Positions 1 to 7,899 of a stretch of DNA of 11,471 nucleotides are shown here, one piece after another. How positions within the stretch are numbered: position 1 is the stretch's first letter; every line of letters begins with the position of its first letter. The stretch is from assembly GCA_046318155.1 (NCBI GenBank), contig JBKCUU010000119.1, positions 1 to 11,471 of the forward strand. Direction: 5' to 3'. The notes under the pieces were generated by a model. The model had not been told where the DNA came from and searched no databases. It saw only the letters and a program-made list of their open reading frames with translations. Source of the stretch: Bdellovibrio sp. (GTDB taxonomy: Bacteria > Bdellovibrionota > Bdellovibrionia > Bdellovibrionales > Bdellovibrionaceae). Made by a program: the position numbers and the translations under genes.

Positions 1-195
1 CAAATGAACGGGTCCAGTGCGGACGAAGATCAGATCCGGGCCAAAGCCCAGGAGCTGTCGATGAACAATCCAGAGATTCAGGCGATCATCGCGGCCGACC
101 AAGGCGTCGAGTACGGCAAAGTCGTGCGCGTCATCGACCTCGTGAAGGGTTCAGGCGTCAAAAAATTCGCGATTAGTATCGAAAAAGCCGAGTAA
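1..195 (+). CDS. ExbD/TolR family biopolymer transport protein, C-terminal part (5'-truncated by window edge)
   Basis: Frame is open from base 1. The sequence AIIAADQGVEYGKVVRVIDLVKGSGVKKFAI matches the ExbD/TolR periplasmic motif (I.AD..v.y..vv.v.d.....G...i). exbD and tolR cannot be distinguished from this fragment. Confidence 0.88.
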   Translation, partial: QMNGSSADEDQIRAKAQELSMNNPEIQAIIAADQGVEYGKVVRVIDLVKGSGVKKFAISIEKAE

Positions 196-248
196 CTCGC
201 AAGCCAAAAACTCTTGTCTCGAATTGGTGCGAGCCTTGAACTGTTGAG

Positions 249-264
249 TGGCACTGGCCTCGCT
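249..264 (+). promoter_or_regulatory. Candidate sigma54 (-24/-12) promoter for the 323..808 gene
   Basis: TGGCACTGGCCTCGCT has the TGGCAC core and exact GG(250-251)-N10-GC(262-263) spacing. It lies in the intergenic gap about 60 bp upstream of ATG 323. The -12 box is TCGC rather than TTGC. Confidence 0.35.
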
Positions 265-322
265 GTCTTCTTGACTCAAGCCCAGTACAGGGGTGTCAAA
301 AATCCGCCGAATGTAACCGGAC

Positions 323-808
323 ATGTCGGCAAATATCTGGGATCAACGAACACTCAAAACTCTGACCGTCTTGGTACTCCTTCTTTTGGGACCAACACTA
401 TGGTCTTGGTTTTCACCATTGCCTGGGGGCTCGGGTCCATCGGCTCAAAAGCAAAGCCGGGGACTGGCCTCTGTTCTGGCCGGCGAAGCTGAAACCTCAA
501 GCAAAACCGGACGCCTTAGTCGCCCGGTTCTGATCGAGTGGAACGCGACTGCAAAAAATTTGAATCAAGAAGTTTTTGGAACGCATTTGCGTCTCAAGGG
601 CTTACTCAAAGGGCTGAATCCCGAATCAATCGTGAATGAAACCAACGGTTTTACTGCGGCCGTTTTTAAGACGCGCAACGAGTACTCAACTGATTTTATC
701 GAACTCAAAGAAGGCCCGAACACCATCACGGTCGAACTCAAAGATAGTCAGGGCAAAAAGATCACAAAAAAAATCGAAGTGACTCGTCGTCAGCCCGCTT
801 CGCTATAA
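323..808 (+). CDS. Hypothetical single-pass membrane protein with C-terminal Ig-like (glucodextranase domain B-like) beta-sandwich
   Basis: N-terminal hydrophobic helix (LTVLVLLLLGPTLWSWF) and a G/S/P linker. The C-terminus IELKEGPNTITVELKDSQGKKITKKIEVTR fits the L..G.N.i.v...D..G motif of bacterial Ig-like domains. Confidence 0.75.
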   Translation: MSANIWDQRTLKTLTVLVLLLLGPTLWSWFSPLPGGSGPSAQKQSRGLASVLAGEAETSSKTGRLSRPVLIEWNATAKNLNQEVFGTHLRLKGLLKGLNPESIVNETNGFTAAVFKTRNEYSTDFIELKEGPNTITVELKDSQGKKITKKIEVTRRQPASL

Positions 809-818
809 GCCGTTCATT

Positions 819-1736
819 TTACTGGGCCTCGCGAGCTCTGAGCCCGAGCTCTTCCGCCAGGTCGGTCGCCTTTTGGTTCAGCTGGATTAAGCCTCGCTCC
901 TCGAGAGCCTGGCGACCCGGTCCCAAGATTGGATCTGGTCCCATCACTGTTTGAAAGGGACGGACTTGCAGCCCGCGGTACTGGGCAAGAACGACATCAA
1001 GAGTAGTAAACAGCAGATCCGTGCAATTTTTCTGAAGCGTTCCGTAATATTCAGACAGTCGCATTTGATTGGATTGACGAAGCGAGTTGAGGAAGACGGC
1101 GGCACCCTCACGCCGAGATAGTGCGAGTTGGTATTGATCGACTTGGCGAAGCTTTTTGCCAGGGACAAAATGCTCAGTGATTCGTGCGGGCAAAGACAAG
1201 ACGCGCCCTGCGACGGGATAGTTCTTCTGCAATCCTTTGAGAAAACTATAACTGACATTCTCGGGAAACTGAGCTTCCCACGAGACGATCACCTCCTTGA
1301 GAACGAGGCGTTTTTCAGTTCCACTTTGATCTTTTCTCTGGGACGACAAGCGAAGCCCCTGTGCAAAGCGAAAGCGCAATTCTGTGTGGGCTGGCTTCAC
1401 CAAAGGAATGCCGACATCGAAATGCACGCCTAAGTATTGAACCGTCGGCAAATCAGATTTTGACCATCTTGCTTTCCAGTACCGTCCTGCATGATAAAAA
1501 TTGGCGAACTCGATGGACTCGGCGTTTTCGGCCAAAATCTCGATTGGGCGAACCGACTTGGTATTGACACAAAGGCCGCCGTATTCAACCGACTCGGGAC
1601 CGATTCTCCAGCCACGATCGAACTGATCCTGTCGTTGCTGTTGGCACTGCGGATCGATGACGGTCGCGGTCGCAAAGGCCGTTGTTGAGGACAATAGTAA
1701 AGTCAAAGTGAGGGGGCCCAAAAGATTTGTTTTCAT
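819..1736 (-). CDS. Exported DUF4105/Lnb-N-terminal-like protein (putative Cys-His catalytic domain)
   Basis: Start reassigned to ATG 1736 (MKTNLLGPLTLTLLLSSTTAFA, a Sec signal peptide), with SD GAGGTGA at 1747-1741. AHTELRFRF, IVSWEA and YYGTLQKNCTDLL resemble the DUF4105 H...S.Ea...Y.tl..NCT pattern. Confidence 0.7.
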   Translation of the reverse strand: MKTNLLGPLTLTLLLSSTTAFATATVIDPQCQQQRQDQFDRGWRIGPESVEYGGLCVNTKSVRPIEILAENAESIEFANFYHAGRYWKARWSKSDLPTVQYLGVHFDVGIPLVKPAHTELRFRFAQGLRLSSQRKDQSGTEKRLVLKEVIVSWEAQFPENVSYSFLKGLQKNYPVAGRVLSLPARITEHFVPGKKLRQVDQYQLALSRREGAAVFLNSLRQSNQMRLSEYYGTLQKNCTDLLFTTLDVVLAQYRGLQVRPFQTVMGPDPILGPGRQALEERGLIQLNQKATDLAEELGLRAREAQ

Positions 1737-1766
1737 CGCGTCACCTCGTTCATCGTCTGCAAACAT

Positions 1767-2588
1767 TTAAAAAGAATATCCTAAGCCAAAAGCAATTCGA
1801 GAATCCCGTGCGGTTTCGCCGCCTGCTTTGTAGGCCGCACTCAATCCATAGGTCGTCGAAAACAAACGGGTGTGAGATTTGATGAGCTCGCCGGAAGTTC
1901 GACCCTCACGGTCTTGCCAGCGGTTTTCCGAGCGCCAAGTGGAAGTGAGGGCCTGCGAAAAGACGAGGGTGTTTTCTTTCATCGGCGCTGGTCCCACCGT
2001 GCCCGGATCCATCTCGACCACCCACTTGGCGTCGCAGTAGGGGTTTTCTAAGATCAGATCCAGAACGTTGCCGGCCAGCGAGTAGCGGGCCTCGAGTTTG
2101 GTCTTTTTTGTGACTCGAACTTCCATTTTTTTGAGCTTTTCTTTGACCTCGTAGAGGGGGCGCATGGCGGGTTCTGATTTGATGTAGTTATCGACGTGAG
2201 TTTCAGTTAAGCGCTTCACCATGTAGTCGGCAAAATTTTTGCGCTCGTTGTTTTTGAATACGGTTCGCTGATCATTGCGAAACGCATTGAGACGTTCGTA
2301 GTCCGTTCTTTGGTACGAGATGCTTTCGGTGTCGATCGTGCCGAACTTTTCGCGGTACCGCTGACGGAAGTCGCGCGAGATTTCTTCATTAAAAATTTTT
2401 TCGCCGAGGCTTTTCTCGCGGACGGAGGGCTCGGCAAATAAGAAGATTTCGTAAAAGCGCTCCTGGCGTTCTTTCTGGACATCTTGAACGTAGCCGTGCG
2501 CCATCAGGCCCGTGGTTGCAAAGGCGGGCCCTGCACCGAGAGTCAGCACAACCAGGAGGCCGTTCAAAAAAAAAGAACGCGCAAACAT
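1767..2588 (-). CDS. Hypothetical exported protein, probable outer-membrane beta-barrel C-terminal half
   Basis: Signal peptide (FARSFFLNGLLVVLTLGAGPAFA), a charged helical N-half and amphipathic beta-strands in the C-half. It ends IAFGLGYSF, a BAM beta-signal-like terminus with final Phe. The start is uncertain among 2597, 2594 and 2588. Confidence 0.7.
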   Translation of the reverse strand: MFARSFFLNGLLVVLTLGAGPAFATTGLMAHGYVQDVQKERQERFYEIFLFAEPSVREKSLGEKIFNEEISRDFRQRYREKFGTIDTESISYQRTDYERLNAFRNDQRTVFKNNERKNFADYMVKRLTETHVDNYIKSEPAMRPLYEVKEKLKKMEVRVTKKTKLEARYSLAGNVLDLILENPYCDAKWVVEMDPGTVGPAPMKENTLVFSQALTSTWRSENRWQDREGRTSGELIKSHTRLFSTTYGLSAAYKAGGETARDSRIAFGLGYSF

Positions 2589-2608
2589 CAACATCAACCG
2601 TTTTTCCC

Positions 2609-2650
2609 TGCAAGCAGTAGGCCTGGGGACGACTTCTTAAGTATTTGAAA
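2609..2650 (-). promoter_or_regulatory. Candidate sigma54 promoter with upstream IHF-like site for the OMP-DUF4105 pair
   Basis: Minus strand 2625-2609 reads CAGGCCTACTGCTTGCA (GG-N10-GC with a TTGCA -12 box). Minus strand 2650-2638 reads TTTCAAATACTTA, one mismatch to the IHF consensus WATCAANNNNTTR, inside an AT-rich patch at about -40 to -52. Confidence 0.5.
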
Positions 2651-2788
2651 TTATTAATAAATTAGCGGCGCCGGCACGACTTTTTTTGAGGGCCCGATCA
2701 CGCGGCGCCTAGGGTGTGAGCAGTGACCCCTTGTATCATAGAAAATCCTCGTCTTTTCAAGGGTTTACGCTAACATCGGAAGTCGAGC

Positions 2789-2817
2789 TTGTCAGAGCGT
2801 TTTTCGTCCTTTAGGTT
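2789..2817 (+). promoter_or_regulatory. Candidate sigma70 promoter of the lipid kinase-pssA-asd unit
   Basis: TTGTCA (2789-2794), a 17-bp spacer, then TAGGTT (2812-2817). Confidence 0.45.
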
Positions 2818-2826
2818 CTCGTCCCT

Positions 2827-3489
2827 ATGCCTAAAACTCTGACTGAACTTGGGATTTCAATGGTGGAACTGAAGAAGCGATCCGAGATTCATTGGGCCCG
2901 TAAGCTGTGGCATATCCTCGGCGTTTCGGTCATGACTTTGGTTTACGCCTATGCTCCTTACAAAGTCTCATTGGCCTTAATCCTGACGGCCTGGTTGGCC
3001 TTTGTCCCTGCCGACTTTTTGCGGCATCGCTCATCGGCCCTCAACGACTTTTTGATGCATTTGTTCAAACCCTTGATGCGCGACAGTGAAGCCCACAATT
3101 TGGCCGGAACGACTTACCTCCTGACGGGTGTTTTGATCACGATCGGTTTGTTTCCATTTAACGTCGCGATTTTGACCTTGTTGTTTTTGGCCTTTGCCGA
3201 TCCTTTTGCCAGTTACTTTGGCATTCGTTACGGCAAAGACAAAATTTTTGGTCACAAAAGTGTTCAAGGCACGCTCGCGGCTTTTTTGATTTGCGCTTTA
3301 TTGACGGCCGTCTTTTTGTACACGCGCGGACTGATGATGGATCGAATTCTAATTGTCACTCTGCTGGGTGGTCTGATCGGCGCTTTGGCCGAACTCATTC
3401 CTATCGCAAAGCTCGATGACAATTTGACCCTTCCTTTGATCAGTGCAACATTCTTATGGCTTTTGTTCGCTTTATTTGGAGCCGTATGA
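2827..3489 (+). CDS. CTP-dependent diacylglycerol/polyprenol (dolichol/phytol) kinase family membrane protein
   Basis: Multi-pass hydrophobic protein with the family motifs ARKLWH, ADPFASYFGIRYGK, HKSVQGT and LDDNLTLP. An alternative start exists at ATG 2860. Confidence 0.85.
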   Translation: MPKTLTELGISMVELKKRSEIHWARKLWHILGVSVMTLVYAYAPYKVSLALILTAWLAFVPADFLRHRSSALNDFLMHLFKPLMRDSEAHNLAGTTYLLTGVLITIGLFPFNVAILTLLFLAFADPFASYFGIRYGKDKIFGHKSVQGTLAAFLICALLTAVFLYTRGLMMDRILIVTLLGGLIGALAELIPIAKLDDNLTLPLISATFLWLLFALFGAV

Positions 3490-4343
3490 GCACAGAGAAT
3501 TCAAGACCCACAGACAACAACACGGACGAGGGTGAGCCCAAGCGCCGTTTGTCGATGCACATCTATTTGCTTCCCAATCTGGTGACAACCGGCAACGTAT
3601 TTTTTGGTTTTTACGCGATCATTCACTCCATCAAGGGTGATTTTGTTTTGGCCGCTTACGCGATCGTCGCGGCCGCCGTCTTTGATTTGATGGATGGTCG
3701 TCTGGCGCGTCTCACGCGGTCGACTTCAAAGTTTGGCGCTGAGTACGATTCGCTCTGTGACTTGGTGAGCTTTGGGATGGCCCCCGCGATTTTGTTGTTT
3801 CAATGGGCTCTTGAGCCTTTTGGCCGCTTGGGTTGGCTTGCTTGCTTTTTTTATTTGGCCTGCGGGGCTCTGCGCCTGGCGCGCTTCAACGTGCAAGCCG
3901 GTGTGGTCGAGAAAGCTTATTTTCAAGGTCTGCCGATTCCGATGGCGGCCGGTATCGTGGCCTCTTCGGTTTTGGCCGTTCGAGATCTTGAAGTAAATCC
4001 CTCTGGAAACGCCGGCATTTTGGCGATGGCCTTCTTGTTGGCCGTAGTCATGGTTTCGACCTTTCGTTACCGAAGTTTTAAGGATTTGGATTTAAAAGAG
4101 CGTCTGCCGTTTCGTTACTTGGTTGCGGGCGTTGTCGTGATCGCCGTGGTCGCGTACCGACCCGAAGTGAATCTCTTTATCCTGTTCATGACTTACGCGG
4201 CTCTGGGCGCTATTTTTGGAGTGATGCGCTTGGGAAAAAACCGAATTCGACCCAGTGTTTACCTCCCTGCGCACAATTCGCTTGATCCTGATTTGATCGA
4301 CGAAGACGAAGAGCACATCGAAGGCTCGAAGAAGAAAACTTGA
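3486..4343 (+). CDS. pssA: CDP-diacylglycerol--serine O-phosphatidyltransferase (type II phosphatidylserine synthase)
   Basis: CDP-alcohol phosphotransferase motif DLMDGRLARLTRSTSKFGAEYDSLCD, plus LPNLVT, ALRLARFN, FQGLPIP and MVSTFRYRSFK. Start placed at ATG 3486, which overlaps the upstream stop (ATGA). Confidence 0.93.
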   Translation: MSTENSRPTDNNTDEGEPKRRLSMHIYLLPNLVTTGNVFFGFYAIIHSIKGDFVLAAYAIVAAAVFDLMDGRLARLTRSTSKFGAEYDSLCDLVSFGMAPAILLFQWALEPFGRLGWLACFFYLACGALRLARFNVQAGVVEKAYFQGLPIPMAAGIVASSVLAVRDLEVNPSGNAGILAMAFLLAVVMVSTFRYRSFKDLDLKERLPFRYLVAGVVVIAVVAYRPEVNLFILFMTYAALGAIFGVMRLGKNRIRPSVYLPAHNSLDPDLIDEDEEHIEGSKKKT

Positions 4344-4352
4344 TTTTTTAGG

Positions 4353-4384
4353 CAAAAAGGGCGCGGCCTTCGGCACCCCTTTTG
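4353..4384 (+). other. Imperfect intergenic hairpin between pssA and asd
   Basis: Outer stem CAAAAAGGG...CCCTTTTG and inner GCC-TTC-GGC, immediately before the asd SD (GGGGGAG, 4386-4392). Confidence 0.45.
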
Positions 4385-4397
4385 TGGGGGAGCTGAA

Positions 4398-5417
4398 ATG
4401 GCAAACATAAAATTGAAAGTTGGCGTTGTGGGTGCGACCGGCATGGTCGGCCAGTCGTTTATGCAAATGCTCGAGCAGCGCCAGTTTCCTATCGAAGAAC
4501 TTCGGCCTTTTGCGAGTGAAAACTCCATCGGAAAGTCGATCTCGCTTCAAGGCAAATCTTACCCGATTCAAGTTTTGCAGCCCGGTTGTTTTGAGGGGCT
4601 TGATCTGGTTTTTTTCTCGAGCGGTGATGACATTTCAAAGGAATGGGCCCCCTTAGCGGTCAAAGCCGGCGCTTGGGCGGTCGACAACTCGGCGGCCTTT
4701 CGCATGGATGAGAACACCTCGCTTGTCGTTCCGGAAGTGAACGGAGATTTGCTGGATAAAGATCGTCAGCCGCAAATCATTGCGAACCCGAATTGTTCGA
4801 CGATTCAGCTAGTGGTCGCTTTAGATCCCTTACAAAAAAAATTCGGGATCGAGCGCATTCACGTTGCCAGTTATCAAGCCGTGAGCGGTGCCGGTCAGCC
4901 GGCGCATGATGAACTGCTGAATCAAGTGACTGGTTATAAATCGGAGCCCAACCCAAAAGCGCAGAACTTTCCGCACCCGATTGTCTTTAACTGCATCCCG
5001 CAAATTGGATCTTTTAATGACCAAGGTTTTTCGAGCGAAGAAATGAAAGTGATGAAAGAGACCCGTAAAATTATGCGCGCCAAAGACATGATGGTATCGG
5101 CGTTTACGGTGCGGGTCCCGGTGCTCAATGCGCATGCTGAAGTCGCCTGGGTTCGCCTCAAATCAAAGACAAGCCGCGAAGAGATTCTTCAGTTGTGGAA
5201 AGACGCCCCGGGCCTGGTTGTTCAAGACGATCCAAAGGCCTCTGTTTATCCCATGCAGCGCACGGCTTCAGGTCAGGACCCCGTTTTTGTGGGCCGCTTG
5301 CACCAAGATCTTGATGATCCGCAAACGTGGATGATGTGGATCGTGGCCGACAACATCCGTAAGGGTGCGGCCTTGAACGGGATTCAAATAGCTGAGCGAA
5401 TTTTTGACATTCGCTAA
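4398..5417 (+). CDS. asd: Aspartate-semialdehyde dehydrogenase
   Basis: GATGMVG Rossmann motif, DNSAAFRM, VPEVN, catalytic ANPNCSTIQ, YQAVSGAG and DNIRKGAALN. SD GGGGGAG upstream. Confidence 0.97.
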   Translation: MANIKLKVGVVGATGMVGQSFMQMLEQRQFPIEELRPFASENSIGKSISLQGKSYPIQVLQPGCFEGLDLVFFSSGDDISKEWAPLAVKAGAWAVDNSAAFRMDENTSLVVPEVNGDLLDKDRQPQIIANPNCSTIQLVVALDPLQKKFGIERIHVASYQAVSGAGQPAHDELLNQVTGYKSEPNPKAQNFPHPIVFNCIPQIGSFNDQGFSSEEMKVMKETRKIMRAKDMMVSAFTVRVPVLNAHAEVAWVRLKSKTSREEILQLWKDAPGLVVQDDPKASVYPMQRTASGQDPVFVGRLHQDLDDPQTWMMWIVADNIRKGAALNGIQIAERIFDIR

Positions 5418-5432
5418 GGGCCGTGCTGCAAT
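5404..5432 (+). promoter_or_regulatory. Candidate sigma70 promoter inside the asd 3' end, for the CFI-box/barrel pair
   Basis: Perfect TTGACA (5404-5409), a 17-bp spacer with TG at 5424-5425 (extended -10 position), then TGCAAT (5427-5432). The conserved -11 A is absent. Confidence 0.4.
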
Positions 5433-5438
5433 TTTAGG

Positions 5439-6938
5439 ATGCAGCACATTTGTCAGAACATTCTGAAGTCACTATTGAAGCTGGCCCCACGGCTTGCGGT
5501 CGTTATTTTTGGTTTTGTGCTGGGGACGGGCTCGTCGGCGTGGGCGCAAACGACGACGCCTGCGACGGGTACAATTCTGACGAGTTTTTCGAATTACTTT
5601 TACACGGTTGAACAGCCTGATTCTAAAACTGTCACGATCTATGCGGGTCGAACCAGTCAAGAGTGCGCGTCGGCCGATCCGTCCGCGCCTTGTGATACTT
5701 GTTCGAACTTGTCGGCGTTCCCGATCAAGGGTTCGAGCACTAATGTGGCATTGCCGCAAGGTTTGATCTGCAACACACAGCAAATTCATCCGACGCTCAA
5801 TTTTTCGGTCACGATCCGCTCCGACCAAGCCGCCTCTTATCCGACAAACGGTTGTACATCGCTCGTCAAGGGCTGGGTTGGACAAACGCCTGTTCAGCCC
5901 ATTTCACAGACGACTTATACGCCCGGAGTGGCCAACCAAGACATCCAAGCTACCTTTACTTGGGGGAGCTTGTGCACACAACTTACGACGGCGGGGGATA
6001 ACGCCTGCAAAAAATCTTTTGCTCAATCTGTTCTGACGGTGGGCTTTGATAAAGATTGCGGCGGCAACACGGCGCCGATTGAGGCGGGGATTAAATTTCA
6101 AATCTCGTTTCGCTATGTTGAACTTTCGGATCCGATGACGTTTGGCTGCACCGATGGCGTGGCCGCTCCTTACGAGGGCTACTGTGATTTCACGGTTTAT
6201 CCCGGTGACGAGAAGGTTTTTATCTACAATTCGAATGCGATTCAGTTTACGGCTGGTGATCAGGCAACTTCGGCCAGTCCGCAAGCCGCGGATCTCAGTG
6301 GAATGAAGTATGCGGCCGTCAGGTTCTTTTACTCGGTCACGGGTGGATTTGCCACGATCACAACGGGTTCGCCGTCAACGGATGTTAAAATTATCGATGG
6401 CCGCCTCGATAAAGGCCGCATTACCGGCCTGACCAATGGTTCGACCTACGCGTTCTTGGCCGCCAATGTCGATCAGGCGGGGAATGTCTCTTTGTTTTCA
6501 GATCCTGATTACGTCAACAATGATGTCGTGGGCATGAGCGATACTCCGGGACTGGGTGATACCCAGGCCGCAACGCCTGAAAAAGTTTATGGCCTGCTTG
6601 ATGGCAAAGGTTGCTTTATCGCGACCGCCGCTTACGGCTCCGAAGACGCCGGTGATGTTGAGCTTTTGCGCCAGTTTCGCAATGACTACTTGCTCACTTG
6701 GGAAGGTGGCCGCGAGTTTGTTCGGTTTTATTACAAAGTCTCTCCCTCGATCGCCAGCGTGATTGCGGGTGATGAGCGTTTGAAGTTTTTAGTCCGCAGA
6801 TCTTTAAAGCCCGTCGTTTTTGCTGCTGACGTCGCCTTGCATTTTGGTCTGATGGGCTTGTTCCTCTTGATATTCACGAGCGGTTCGATCTTTGTTTTGG
6901 CCCTGCGATGGCTGCGAACTCCGAAGGTGGCCGCATGA
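5439..6938 (+). CDS. Secreted Cys-rich, fibronectin type III-like protein with CFI-box-CTERM domain and C-terminal membrane anchor
   Basis: Signal peptide ending SSAWA|Q and 10 Cys in the mature N-terminal region. FN3-like segments VYPGDEKVFI and ITGLTNGSTYAFLAANVDQAGNVS. The CFI-box GCFIATAAYGS..DVELLRQFRNDYLL...GREFVRFYYKVSP starts at about 6609, followed by a TM helix and a basic tail (LRWLR). Confidence 0.88.
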   Translation: MQHICQNILKSLLKLAPRLAVVIFGFVLGTGSSAWAQTTTPATGTILTSFSNYFYTVEQPDSKTVTIYAGRTSQECASADPSAPCDTCSNLSAFPIKGSSTNVALPQGLICNTQQIHPTLNFSVTIRSDQAASYPTNGCTSLVKGWVGQTPVQPISQTTYTPGVANQDIQATFTWGSLCTQLTTAGDNACKKSFAQSVLTVGFDKDCGGNTAPIEAGIKFQISFRYVELSDPMTFGCTDGVAAPYEGYCDFTVYPGDEKVFIYNSNAIQFTAGDQATSASPQAADLSGMKYAAVRFFYSVTGGFATITTGSPSTDVKIIDGRLDKGRITGLTNGSTYAFLAANVDQAGNVSLFSDPDYVNNDVVGMSDTPGLGDTQAATPEKVYGLLDGKGCFIATAAYGSEDAGDVELLRQFRNDYLLTWEGGREFVRFYYKVSPSIASVIAGDERLKFLVRRSLKPVVFAADVALHFGLMGLFLLIFTSGSIFVLALRWLRTPKVAA

Positions 6939-7846
6939 TCCGCGCGATTGTGATCGCTTTGATGATTGCCTCTGCAGGTTCGGCGGCTGTCGGCGCGAGC
7001 GAACCTGAATTTTCGATCGAAGCTCTCGAAAAAAAAATGGATTCGCAGCGAACCATTGCGCAAGAGCCTGATCCGCGACCGTCAACTTACGGTGTCGATC
7101 TGGGGCCCAAAGAAGAAGCCGCTAAACGCGGGCAGTACCGTCGGCCCCCGGGGCCTGTTCGAGGGGGCGTGATTAAAGTTCCGCACCCCGGTGCCGCCAA
7201 GGGTCTGATGCGAATTAACAAAGATGGATCTTATCAATACCGAACGGCACTTAGGCCAAAATCGCAGGCTGTCAGTGTTCGCGTCGGTGCGATGACACCG
7301 CCCATTGTGCGAGGTCAAGCGGCGGGCTTGAGTTACAAATCAATGTACGGTTCCGCCAATCTTTTTGCGCTTCAGGCCGATTATGAGTGGGTGCCTTTTC
7401 AGGGTTTTGGCGCTCTCGGCGTGCAACTGGGAACTGGTTTTGCGACAGCAACCGGAAACGGAACGCTGGAGAGTGGTCCTCCGGCCGAAGAGAAATACAC
7501 CATCTTTATCGTTCCTCTTTCGGCCTTTGCTCTGTATCGCTTCGAGTATGTTCGCCGGCAGTGGATTGTGCCCTACCTGAATGGCGGCGGCACGTATTAT
7601 GGCTTGGCCGAAAAACGGGATGACGATGCGCCGTTTAAGTTTGCGGGCACCATGGCCGTGGGCGGCGGCGGCGGCGTGCATTTTTCGATTTCAAGATTAG
7701 ACCCCCAAGGCGCGTTCACTTTGGACCGCGAGTACGGCATTGCAGATATGTGGCTCACCGTCGAAGCGCGCGTCATGCAAAGCCTCAATCAAGATCTCGA
7801 TTTCTCAAACCAAATGATCTCGGTCGGCGTCACCACCGACTTCTAG
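6935..7846 (+). CDS. Outer-membrane beta-barrel protein (resembles the MXAN_2562 family, from recall)
   Basis: Start ATG 6935 overlaps the upstream stop (ATGA). Signal peptide MIRAIVIALMIASAGSAAVG, alternating-hydrophobic strands (LQADYEW, LGVQLGTGF, ALYRFEY, WIVPYLNGG, WLTVEAR) and C-terminus ISVGVTTDF with final Phe. Confidence 0.8.
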   Translation: MIRAIVIALMIASAGSAAVGASEPEFSIEALEKKMDSQRTIAQEPDPRPSTYGVDLGPKEEAAKRGQYRRPPGPVRGGVIKVPHPGAAKGLMRINKDGSYQYRTALRPKSQAVSVRVGAMTPPIVRGQAAGLSYKSMYGSANLFALQADYEWVPFQGFGALGVQLGTGFATATGNGTLESGPPAEEKYTIFIVPLSAFALYRFEYVRRQWIVPYLNGGGTYYGLAEKRDDDAPFKFAGTMAVGGGGGVHFSISRLDPQGAFTLDREYGIADMWLTVEARVMQSLNQDLDFSNQMISVGVTTDF

Positions 7847-7867
7847 TCCAATCACAAAAACAAGGCC

Positions 7868-7899
7868 GAACAGCCATCTGTGGTCAAGCAGAGCCCGAA
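7868..7899 (-). repeat. Interspersed repeat copy C (inverted)
   Basis: The reverse complement TTCGGGCTCTGCTTGACCACAGATGGCTGTTC is 29/32 identical to 8287-8318. Confidence 0.85.

Noticed and set aside
214..492. 92-aa ORF and the other alternative-frame or antisense ORFs (for example 4092-4571, 5472-5885, 8273-8812, 8464-8931, 10246-10515)
   Set aside because: They are shadow ORFs overlapping well-supported genes or repeats, with no motifs or RBS.
2672..2689. CGGCACGACTTTTTTTGA as a plus-strand sigma54 promoter
   Set aside because: The -24 core is good but there is no GC at the required N10 spacing.
3456..3485. ORF-track upstream starts for pssA (3456), barrel (6908), DUF4105-like (1766) and secreted protein (10375)
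   Set aside because: Downstream ATGs give ATGA coupling or a clear SD and, for the exported proteins, proper signal peptides.
2566..7037. 9-nt A/T homopolymers near the 5' ends of both OM-protein genes (2566-2574 and 7029-7037) as phase-variation tracts
   Set aside because: A8 runs also occur in ordinary genes (766-773, and 4834-4841 in asd). Both ORFs are intact, so there is no evidence of slippage.
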